A model generated the notes under the pieces. That model had not been told where the DNA came from and searched no databases. It saw only the letters and a program-made list of their open reading frames with translations. From a virus (Duplodnaviria > Caudoviricetes), in the IMG/VR virus record IMGVR_UViG_3300006169_000009, positions 42,056 to 106,055 of that record: 64,000 bases of DNA; one strand, given 5' to 3'. How positions within the stretch are numbered: the first letter of the stretch is position 1; the number at the start of each line of letters is the position of its first letter. The position numbers and the translations under genes were made by a program. Positions 56,128 through 64,000 of this stretch are shown here, piece after piece.

Positions 56128-56781
56128 TCATCGTGGCTTCAGCCCCAGACGGCGTGCGGAGGTCTTGCCGATGCGACCGTCCGCGTCGTTGCCACGGAAG
56201 CCGATACGGCGCTGGAACCGGCGCACGTTGTCGCGGGTCTGGTCGCCGTAGTAGCCGGTGACCTTCTGGTTGTAGCCCTTCTTGCGCAGAGCGCGCTGGA
56301 CACGGCGTACGCCCCAGTTGCGCTTACCCGGTCGTACTTCAGACAGGTCGATGGCGAACTTGACCTTCCACCACTTCTTCTTCGGCTTGGACGCTCCGCC
56401 CTTGCCGATGTAGGTCCCGTTCATGTCCTCGGTCCAGCCGACGAAGTTCAGACCCCAGCGAGAGGTCAGACCATCGATGGACACGTGGGCCACACGGCCT
56501 GCTCCGCCTGCGTCGGTGCTCCAGCACATGCCGTTGCCGGTGGACAGCGCCACGTGACCGTAGCCGCGAGAGCCACCGGTCCAGAAGACCGGCACGCCGC
56601 GAGGGCACTGTGCGCCACGGTTGGCGAAGTGGCGGTGGCGAGCGCCGTACCACTGTGCCGAGGCGGAGCCGAAGCCCCCACCCAGGCCGAAGGCGGTACG
56701 GACGTACATCTGGCAGTAGCCGACAGGCCAGCGCAGGTGGTTGCGAGCCCAGGCGATTGCCTCGTTGCCGGATCTAGGCAT
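56128..56781 (-). CDS. CHAP/NlpC-like peptidoglycan hydrolase with PG-binding domain
   Basis: GYCQMYVR...GHVAL...GWTED; VRRVQRAL...TGYYGDQT..NVRRFQ...ADGRIG. Confidence 0.8.
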   Translation of the reverse strand: MPRSGNEAIAWARNHLRWPVGYCQMYVRTAFGLGGGFGSASAQWYGARHRHFANRGAQCPRGVPVFWTGGSRGYGHVALSTGNGMCWSTDAGGAGRVAHVSIDGLTSRWGLNFVGWTEDMNGTYIGKGGASKPKKKWWKVKFAIDLSEVRPGKRNWGVRRVQRALRKKGYNQKVTGYYGDQTRDNVRRFQRRIGFRGNDADGRIGKTSARRLGLKPR

Positions 56782-56925
56782 CGGGGTCCTCCTCCTGAGT
56801 GTCCTGGGCGGTGTCATCGCCCTGTCCTGGACCGTCCTGGTAGTCGCCTACCGGCTCGTCCAGCGACTCGATGTCGTGGTAGGTGTCGGGGTCGTCGTAG
56901 TCGTACCCCTCGACCGGCATTTCCG

Positions 56926-57664
56926 TCATGAGGAGATCCTTCTCACAAACTCGGGGGTTGCGTGTAGTAGTCCGTCTGGTGTCACCTTGACCTGCTTCTC
57001 AGGTCCGGTGCCGTAGAACGAGTCGGCCAGATCAGCCAGGTTGGACTCACCAGCGTTGTCGGTGACTCCGCCCCGGTTGTTGATGACCTTCTTGTACTTG
57101 CCGTCGGTGGAGCCTTCCGAGAAGTTGTTGTTCATGCCACGGCTTGCGGGGTAACTCATGAGTAGCGTCTCCCTTCGCCGTTCCGGCTCGTACGGCGGTC
57201 GTTGAACAGATTCGCCAGAGGCGGCCCGGCTCCGTCCGCGTCGTACCGACGTCGGGTGTTCCGCTTGACCTTGTTGTTCGCGGACGTGTTCCGACGACGG
57301 TCAGTCGACTTCAGGGCTGGTCTCTTGCGCATCGCCCCACCATTCTCTCTCAGAACACCGGCAAAGATGGAGTCGAGGACCCCTCGTAGCCACTCTTGCG
57401 ACCAGAGAAGTCGTGACGTTCGTACAGGTTGTCCAGGGTTGCTACGTCCTGGATCCTGATGGGATCCGTCCGGTATCCGAACCTGGGAGGGAACAACTTG
57501 ACCGGGATCGGCGGACGACGGAGGCGAACAGAGTCGGCAGGCTCACCGAGGGTTGCAGACAGCGCCTCGCCCGTCAGTGAGTCCTCGTAGGACTTCGCGC
57601 CTTCGCTCAGTACGGGGGGAGTCTGCATCCACGGTGCGTCCGTGTAGATGCTGCTGGCTTCCAT
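56926..57664 (-). CDS. Small hypothetical genes (56926-57159, 57350-57664)
   Basis: Coupled ORFs with GGAG RBS. Confidence 0.55.
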
Positions 57665-57673
57665 GTCTCCAGA

Positions 57674-59248
57674 CTACCCTCGTGCGCGCCGACGTCTTGC
57701 CGTGTACATGGCCTCGTGCTTGCGCAGATCCTTCTCCTGCTGGGCCGGAGTCATCTGCTGCTGAGACAGCGCAGGGTGGACGCCCTGGGGCTCACCGCCG
57801 ATGCGAGAGGATCCCGGAACGTGGGCTCCGAACAGCGCCTGCTGGCCCGGTGCGGGGGCCTGCCGTGCCTGGTGCTCAGCGTGCGCTTCGGTCTGCAGTT
57901 CCGACAGGCGCGGAGGGTGGTACTCGGACTCCTTGCCCGCCTTCCAGCGAGCCTGAGTCCAGCCGACCTCCTGGACAGCGGTGGGAGGAGTAGGCATGGA
58001 CTTGTCCTCAGTCAACTTCTTGGCCCCCACCTGGGTAGCCCGGTTGTTGAAGGCATGCAGCACGGCCTCGGGACCCGCGTACGGCTCATCGGGCTTCTTC
58101 TGGTTCTTGCTGGTCCGGTAGTTGTGGACCCCCTCGCCCACGCCCTTGGGCGGGTAGGAGACACGAGGAGTGGAGCCAGCGGTCTTGATGACGCTGGTGC
58201 GCCCACGCTCTCCAACCAGTTCGTTGGACTGCCCGTAGGAGATCGAGTTCTGCCAGGTGTCCTCGACAGTGTGGGCGTTCTCGTGCAGCAGCGGGTGGTT
58301 CTTGTTCTGCCCCGGATACAGGTCGAGCGCGCCCTGCTCGCCGGAGATCTTGCCAGACCGGATCATCGCGTTATGGCGCGTACGGGTCACATGCTCGACG
58401 TGAGCAGACGTGTTCGGCACCGCATTGCGAATCGTATGCGCGTACGACCACACCTTGGGGGCACCGTGAGGGTTGATAGCCTCGTCCGGGTGGACCTCCC
58501 CCATCAGCACCCGCTCGGCGCTGGTGATGTTCTGGTCGCGAGTACCACCTCGGGCGACCTCGTACAACTCCTTGTGGATGCCCTCAGAGCCCTTGACCTT
58601 GTCACGGAACGAGGGAGCGGACAGGTGGGCCACCGTCCCACGAGGCAACTGGTCAGCACGCACGGTCTGACCGACGTGATGACTGATGTCGACCTTGCCC
58701 TTGCTGGACGCCTTGACGTGCGCTGCGGTCTCGGGGGTGACGTGGACCGAGTGGTGACTGAACGTGTTCATCAGACCCTTGACGGCGGCCTTCTCGTTCT
58801 CCGGGCTGTTCTGCGGAGACATGACAGCAGAGGCGGTGATCGCACGGTCAGGGTCTACACCGTGCTGATGTCCCGCAGCCGCGATCTCACCGTGGTGCCG
58901 GTAGTACCAGCCGGTGCCAGAGGGGGTATCCCCTGGAGTCTCCTGCTCTGCCTCCTTGACGAGGTTCGCCCGACGGGTAGATGCGTGGGCCACTGTCACC
59001 GGCTTGTCAACGATGTGCTCCTGGACGGCTCCCAGAGCCTCGGCGGCCTTTCGTCCTGCGCTGCGGGTGGCAGGAGTCGAGCCGCTGACCGACTTCTCCT
59101 TCTCCCGCTGCTGTACCTCAGCGATGTTGGAGGAGAGGTTCAAGCCGGAGGCCCGCATGTTGGCGTCAAGCGCCTTGCGGCCACCGGTAGAGAGGTCGCT
59201 CCACTGAAGCGCACGGCCCTGAGGAGGCGTGTCGAACTCTCGCGCCAT
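57674..59248 (-). CDS. Large hypothetical protein with a WY...AVMSPQ helical domain (possible DNA-glycosylase-like fold)
   Basis: GWYY...ITASAVMSPQNSPENE, PKVWSY, VEDTW, AVQEVGW motifs. Confidence 0.5.
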   Translation of the reverse strand: MAREFDTPPQGRALQWSDLSTGGRKALDANMRASGLNLSSNIAEVQQREKEKSVSGSTPATRSAGRKAAEALGAVQEHIVDKPVTVAHASTRRANLVKEAEQETPGDTPSGTGWYYRHHGEIAAAGHQHGVDPDRAITASAVMSPQNSPENEKAAVKGLMNTFSHHSVHVTPETAAHVKASSKGKVDISHHVGQTVRADQLPRGTVAHLSAPSFRDKVKGSEGIHKELYEVARGGTRDQNITSAERVLMGEVHPDEAINPHGAPKVWSYAHTIRNAVPNTSAHVEHVTRTRHNAMIRSGKISGEQGALDLYPGQNKNHPLLHENAHTVEDTWQNSISYGQSNELVGERGRTSVIKTAGSTPRVSYPPKGVGEGVHNYRTSKNQKKPDEPYAGPEAVLHAFNNRATQVGAKKLTEDKSMPTPPTAVQEVGWTQARWKAGKESEYHPPRLSELQTEAHAEHQARQAPAPGQQALFGAHVPGSSRIGGEPQGVHPALSQQQMTPAQQEKDLRKHEAMYTARRRRARG

Positions 59249-59249
59249 C

Positions 59250-59780
59250 TCAACTCCAGTTCGGTAGCAGTCGCTTCATCTTCTCACGACGCTCGGGGTT
59301 GACCATGAGGTTCTGGTCGTTGATGTTCACCCTGCGTGCAACCGCGTTCAACTCCTCAGGCGTGAGGAGGTGGTTCTTGCCGAGATGGTTGATCTGCTCC
59401 ATGGCGTTGGCCGCGCTCGGAGGCTGCCGCCACTTCAGGCCCCGCGCCTCGTACTCCAGCGCGATGTTCGGGTTCACGACCTCGTTCCAGTAGTAGTCCT
59501 GAGGGTCGATCCGCTCACCCTTGTGGACCCCGCGCTGGTAGGAGCGCTGCGTGAGCCGTGACTGGACGTTCTGCAGGAGTCGGTCGCCCCGGCGGCTGTT
59601 GACGTTGCCCAGGTACCCGTCCGGGTACTCAGCCTGAGGCGTACGCCCGGTCGCCATAGATCTCCGGGCATCGATGATGGAGCGGTAGCCTGCGAGAGGG
59701 TTTCCACCGCCGCCTCCGTGCGCGGGAGAGCCGGGCTGGCTCACGCCGTTGACGTTCAGGTACTGCCAGGACTCACCCAT
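59250..59780 (-). CDS. Conserved phage protein
   Basis: TPQAEYPDGYLG...RSYQRGVHKGERID; GAGGTGAG RBS. Confidence 0.7.
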   Translation of the reverse strand: MGESWQYLNVNGVSQPGSPAHGGGGGNPLAGYRSIIDARRSMATGRTPQAEYPDGYLGNVNSRRGDRLLQNVQSRLTQRSYQRGVHKGERIDPQDYYWNEVVNPNIALEYEARGLKWRQPPSAANAMEQINHLGKNHLLTPEELNAVARRVNINDQNLMVNPERREKMKRLLPNWS

Positions 59781-59783
59781 GGC

Positions 59784-60347
59784 TCACCTCTTGTGTGCGC
59801 CAGCCTTGTGCGACCCCGCTACATGCTTGCCCTGGTACCGATGCTTGGGAGCATCGGTCTGGGTGCCGGAGCCGCCCTTCAGATCCGGGGTCGGCGTCGT
59901 CCCCGAACCAGACGAGACCGTCGGGTTGGCTGGGCTGCTACGGGTCGCCTTGTGCGCGCCCGCCCGATGAGCGCCAGGAGCCGTCTGAATATCACGCTGA
60001 CCTCCGAGGTCGTAGATGGCCTGCTCACCACGCTGGCGAGCAACGGTCTTGGCCGTCAGCCGGTCACTAATGTACTGGCTGGCGTCCATGATGTACTTCC
60101 CGCCGTGTGCCCAGGAGCCCTGGTAGATGTCCCCATGGCCCGCGTCCTGCGGGAAGTGCTCCTGGATGGCGCGAGCGTGGTCGTGAACGGCCTGGGCGTG
60201 GAACTGGTGGCTGGCCAGCGAGCGCTCCGGCATCGCTCCGCCGACCATGAAGCCGTGCGGAGGGGGAGGCAGCATCGTGCGAGCATGCCGAGAGGCACCG
60301 CCGTTGTTGACGGTGTCGTCTACGAACTGCTGGTCATCGATGCTCAC
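59784..60347 (-). CDS. Hypothetical protein beginning MSIDDQQF
   Basis: GFMVGG...YQGSW...MDAS...EQAIYDL; low-complexity tail. Confidence 0.65.
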   Translation of the reverse strand: MSIDDQQFVDDTVNNGGASRHARTMLPPPPHGFMVGGAMPERSLASHQFHAQAVHDHARAIQEHFPQDAGHGDIYQGSWAHGGKYIMDASQYISDRLTAKTVARQRGEQAIYDLGGQRDIQTAPGAHRAGAHKATRSSPANPTVSSGSGTTPTPDLKGGSGTQTDAPKHRYQGKHVAGSHKAGAHKR

Positions 60348-61016
60348 TGCTGGACCTGGCCGTACTTCCTCTTGTCCCAGAAGTCCCGGTTTCCGACCGA
60401 GGACGGCACGAGGCGGACGTTGCGCTGCAGTGCGCGTGCCTCGGGAGCCTCGGGGTAGACGTGGCTCATCTGCGGAGCGCCCTTGTGACCCATGCGCTCC
60501 AGTACGTCCGAACGGTTGGTCGCCGTCCCGGCATCCGGGATGGAACCACCCTTGCTGTTGTTCTTGCGGACGTTCTTGACGTTGGGCGACTGCTTCTCGG
60601 TGGCACGCACACGAGACGCCGAGGTCCCCATGGTCGGGAACTGCCCCTTCGAGCCCTTGGTGTTGGTCTCGTCGGACAGAGGCATGCCCTTCAACGGATT
60701 CTTCTTACCCACTTGGCAGTCCCATCTGTGGCTGGGGCAGCAGCCCCTTGTTGGTGTCCTTGCGCATCCACAAGGACTGGTCGAACGTGCTCTGCGATTC
60801 TCCAATTCCTGATCCCGGTGCTCCGTAGAGCCTGCGCTGCGCGTCGTTTGTCCCGTATCCGTTGTTCGTAGGCGGTGCAGCGTCGAGCACAGACGTTCGC
60901 TTGTACTGAAGCGGGGAGATCGTGTGCGAGGCCGGTGCTCGAACCGACTCAACACCCGACCCGAACGCGTCCGAACGACTCCCAGCGGGGGCAGGACTGC
61001 CCTCGGGGTGACTCAT
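60344..61016 (-). CDS. Two hypothetical genes (60344-60712, 60705-61016)
   Basis: Coupled ORFs; starts re-assigned. Confidence 0.55.
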
Positions 61017-61069
61017 GAACGCGCCTGGTCGCCCAGCGCCTAGCGATGCCATGCACTCAGGATAGCGCC

Positions 61070-61369
61070 TCAATGCGCGAAGACCCGAAGGATGACAGCA
61101 GAGCGCTCACCGTCGTCCATCTCTACGGTGGTGAAGCCGGGACGGCAATACAGAACCAGGGATCGAGCCGCCACGAACCCCTGAGCGATGGCGATAGCCT
61201 TGACTGCCTGGTTCACCGCACCGGCCCCGATGGCACGGAGAGTGACCTCCTTGCCGTCGTATACCGCATATGAGATAGCCGAGGCCAGCGACTGGCACGA
61301 CGAGCGGGAGGCTACGCGGAGTACCACCTCGTGCTTGGGTCGTTCACGTGCTGCCGTTGAGTGCGTCAT
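61070..61369 (-). CDS. spoVS: SpoVS family protein
   Basis: VLRVASRS...LASAI...LRAIGAGAVNQAVKAIAIAQGFVA...RPGF. Confidence 0.92.
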   Translation of the reverse strand: MTHSTAARERPKHEVVLRVASRSSCQSLASAISYAVYDGKEVTLRAIGAGAVNQAVKAIAIAQGFVAARSLVLYCRPGFTTVEMDDGERSAVILRVFAH

Positions 61370-61410
61370 CTTGTGCTCCTGAGGGTCTCCGTCTCCCCAG
61401 AATAGACGGC

Positions 61411-61947
61411 TCAGAGGTCAGGGTCCGCCTTGCGGACGGTGGCCAGCACCTCGCGCTCGTACTTGGTCAGGTTGCTCGAATCGTCCCACAGCGCCCGTCC
61501 CAGTTGAGCCAGGCCGTACGCGTCCGCTACGTTGTCGTTGGAGAAGTCGGCTCCCCACTTCTTGTACACACTCAGCAGGATCTGGTTCTTCCCGACTCCG
61601 GTGCCCTTGCCGGTGATGAACTTCTTCAGCGTGGAGGGAGCCACCAGGATGGGGTCGCGCCCGATCCAGTCGTATACCACGGAGTTGACCAGTCCGCCCA
61701 GTTCTCCGGCCATCTCCCGGCCCTGACGAGAGGCCATGGAGTATCCCTCGCGCAGGATCACGACCCGATCAGCGGAGGCTGCCGGGACGACGTTGTCGTA
61801 CAGCCAGTCCTCCACGGCGTACAGCCGCTGTGTCTTCCACTTGGTCTGGTCGAACTTGCCCAGGAAAGACTCGTAGCCGTCCTCGTGCAGAACGACCGCG
61901 CCGAAGCCGGTGTAGGACTGGTCGAGCCCGACGTAGTCAGTCGCCAT
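61411..61947 (-). CDS. ruvC: RuvC-like Holliday junction resolvase
   Basis: VGLDQSYTGFG, REGYS, PSTLKKFITGKG, NDNVADAYGLA. Confidence 0.85.
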   Translation of the reverse strand: MATDYVGLDQSYTGFGAVVLHEDGYESFLGKFDQTKWKTQRLYAVEDWLYDNVVPAASADRVVILREGYSMASRQGREMAGELGGLVNSVVYDWIGRDPILVAPSTLKKFITGKGTGVGKNQILLSVYKKWGADFSNDNVADAYGLAQLGRALWDDSSNLTKYEREVLATVRKADPDL

Positions 61948-62075
61948 AGAACGGACTCCCGGTATAGCGCCAGCGTCCAAACCACGTGAGATGCGCGGTG
62001 TGGAACTCGCCTTCCAGGCACTCACTGTCGTGACACTTACGAGTGCTGAACTTGCCCATGAGCCAGTGCCACCAC

Positions 62076-62696
62076 TCAGGCATTGTTCAAGTCCTCCAGC
62101 ATCTCGTAGACCTTGTGCTGAAGGTCTTCGACCGTCCCGTCGTTGGCGATGTAGGCGTCGAAGGGCCAGTCATCCAGCGCCTTCTCCGACTCGTGAGCGT
62201 TGACAGCGGTAACGCCGGGGCGCTCTACGCGGACGATGATCCCACCCTTGCGCTTGATCCAGCGAGCCTCGTTGGGGAACCGGCAGTCGGTGAACACGAA
62301 CAGGTGGGAGTGGGTTTCGTTGACCTGAGCGGCCACCTTATTCACCCAGATGTTGGGGTCCAGCCAACGCCCGACTTCGGTCCCCATCTTCTGCTGGATA
62401 CGCCGGACCTCCGGGAAGCGCCTCTTGGCGTCGTCCCATCCATTGCGGTCGATGATGTCGGAGAGACGGTCCCACTCATCTCGCCCGAGAGGGATCAGCG
62501 GGTCCAGACGCAGGCAAGCCTCGCGCAGAACGTCCGCGAAGGACATCCGCACATGCCCGTACAGTTCCCCGATGACCTTGCCGGTGGTGTCCTTGCCCGA
62601 CTGGGCGTACCCATTCAGCCCGATGAACTCTGGGATGAACATCTCCTCCTGCCATTCGGCGGGCATGTTCGGGTCAGCGTACAGGCGTTCGGTCAT
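62076..62696 (-). CDS. Deoxynucleoside monophosphate kinase
   Basis: IGLNGYAQSGKDT, SFADVLR, QKMGTEVGR, TDCRFPNE, HESE. Confidence 0.9.
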   Translation of the reverse strand: MTERLYADPNMPAEWQEEMFIPEFIGLNGYAQSGKDTTGKVIGELYGHVRMSFADVLREACLRLDPLIPLGRDEWDRLSDIIDRNGWDDAKRRFPEVRRIQQKMGTEVGRWLDPNIWVNKVAAQVNETHSHLFVFTDCRFPNEARWIKRKGGIIVRVERPGVTAVNAHESEKALDDWPFDAYIANDGTVEDLQHKVYEMLEDLNNA

Positions 62697-63607
62697 CGGT
62701 AGGTCGTTACCTTTCTCTGGGTCTCAACGGTGGTCCGCAGGCTACGCCAGCCTACGAGGTTGCCGACTCGCGGCAAATGATCAGTGGGGACGGTGTACCG
62801 GTCACCGAAAGTGAGCGCTCGCTTCTGCCGATTCTTCTTCCACGGAGTGGCCACGTGCTCCAGCGGGCTCCAGTGAGCGGGGTCAGCCGCAGTCAGCCTG
62901 GTGTACAGGCTGAGGTCGGCCTCAGGATCGGCGGTGTCGGAGTCGAACGGCTTGTACGAGACACGGGCACACCGTGCCGCGCTGATCTCGGCATGAGTCC
63001 TCCAGAAATCATCGATGTCCTCGAAGCCGATATCGTTCTCCACTGCCTGGCACGTCTCATCATCGTCGGCGTATGGCAGATGCCACTCACCTTCGTATAC
63101 GTTCAGAGGCTTGCTGGCCGCGTACGCTACCCGCATCTGCTCAGCCGCGTGCTTGATCTCAGGCTGAGCCAACGGAGAGCAGCGCTGGTCAAAGAAGTTC
63201 TCCCAGCCGGTGGCGGTAACGACCACGGTGTGCCACATGAAGGGCTCCAGCAGCCGGTTGACCACGCTCTTGTGGACCTTCTGCCCCACCAAGTTCTGGG
63301 CGTGCCAGACAGCCTCCATGGCCGCCTCGTGCCACTCATCCTGGGCTGCTCGCTCGTCAGTAACGTCCTCGCCGCCCTGCATGCCCTTCTGCTCGCCCGG
63401 CCACTTCAGTGGGTAGGCGGGCGCACGCATGATGTTCTCGATCTGCCGGGTGACCGGGATCGCACGCGACGAGGCACTGTTACGGCTGAACATCCGGTGG
63501 GTATTGAACTCGGCCAGGACGAAGCGATGGAACCGGACCTCGAAGGTAGTGAGGCGCTGGCCGTACTCGGACAGGGAGTCGGCTACGACCTTGGCATACC
63601 CGCTCAC
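62693..63607 (-). CDS. thyX: Flavin-dependent thymidylate synthase
   Basis: EFNTHRMFSRNSASSRAIP, NRLLEPF, SAARCARVSY, HWSPLEH. Confidence 0.88.
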   Translation of the reverse strand: MSGYAKVVADSLSEYGQRLTTFEVRFHRFVLAEFNTHRMFSRNSASSRAIPVTRQIENIMRAPAYPLKWPGEQKGMQGGEDVTDERAAQDEWHEAAMEAVWHAQNLVGQKVHKSVVNRLLEPFMWHTVVVTATGWENFFDQRCSPLAQPEIKHAAEQMRVAYAASKPLNVYEGEWHLPYADDDETCQAVENDIGFEDIDDFWRTHAEISAARCARVSYKPFDSDTADPEADLSLYTRLTAADPAHWSPLEHVATPWKKNRQKRALTFGDRYTVPTDHLPRVGNLVGWRSLRTTVETQRKVTTYR

Positions 63608-63843
63608 TCCCAAGCCTCCAGCACTCGTTCCTCCGGGATGTACTTTCCGCGCAGCAATGGAGTGTCGGCAGGTACCTCAATCGGCCCCCACACCAACTTC
63701 CTCTGTCGCTCATCGATGGTGCCGGTAGTTGCCCAGTGCGCAGCCTGGCTTTCCTTTTCGAAGCACTGAACCGGCCACTGGTCGGTCCTCTTCCCCAACC
63801 AGATCTGCTTGGGTCGTTGACTCTCAGCAAAGGGGTGGGTCAC
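63604..63843 (-). CDS. Hypothetical protein
   Basis: 79 aa; coupled to thyX. Confidence 0.55.
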   Translation of the reverse strand: MTHPFAESQRPKQIWLGKRTDQWPVQCFEKESQAAHWATTGTIDERQRKLVWGPIEVPADTPLLRGKYIPEERVLEAWE

Positions 63844-64000
63844 TTGATCACCCTGTCCAGGATCTTGTCGACTCGTGCGCGCTCCAACTTCAGCGCCTCG
63901 ATGACTGCAGGCTCAGCACGGTTGCCGAAGATGCGGTCGAGCGCGTGGTAGAGGGTCTCCGCCATGGGGATGGGGAGGCTCATATGTGCGGGGGGCTCGA

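Noticed and set aside
556-63769. Long plus-strand ORFs (e.g. 556-1905, 39588-41921, 57716-59302, 62777-63769)
   Set aside because: Antisense shadows of recognisable minus-strand genes, expected in high-GC DNA; they have no motifs of their own

Overview
A 64 kb segment of a large, high-GC actinobacterial tailed phage. Gene content (portal, terminase, ThyX, RuvC, NTase/TGT-like genes, large tRNA array) recalls Bxz1-like / Rhodococcus E3-like myoviruses, but that placement is from recall, not a search. Almost all genes lie on the minus strand. In window order: portal and virion accessory genes, including a 1239-aa GDPD protein with a 14-residue Trp repeat, and the large terminase (0.1-11 kb); nucleotide-metabolism and regulatory genes (11-19 kb); a 78-nt tmRNA reduced to its tRNA-like domain and 25 tRNA genes interleaved with compact structured RNAs (18.4-22.1 kb); many small early-type ORFs, RIIA/RIIB and sigma70-like, often leaderless, promoters (22-47 kb); an HNH gene beside a helically phased GATTCG array (47.1-47.7 kb); a TGT-like/HAD/nucleotidyltransferase neighbourhood enclosing alternating ADP-ribosyltransferase-like and ParB/Srx-like genes that share an N-terminal '(H)L-x-x-(x)-Q-F' peptide (47.8-54.3 kb); and two endolysin-like genes, SpoVS, RuvC, a dNMP kinase and ThyX (55-64 kb). 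The best candidate for an undescribed system is the QF-tagged enzyme cassette, possibly a set of head-packaged effectors with a common targeting signal. No integrase, CRISPR array or rRNA was seen. Product calls come from motif recognition by eye, and several start codons were re-assigned from the ORF track.
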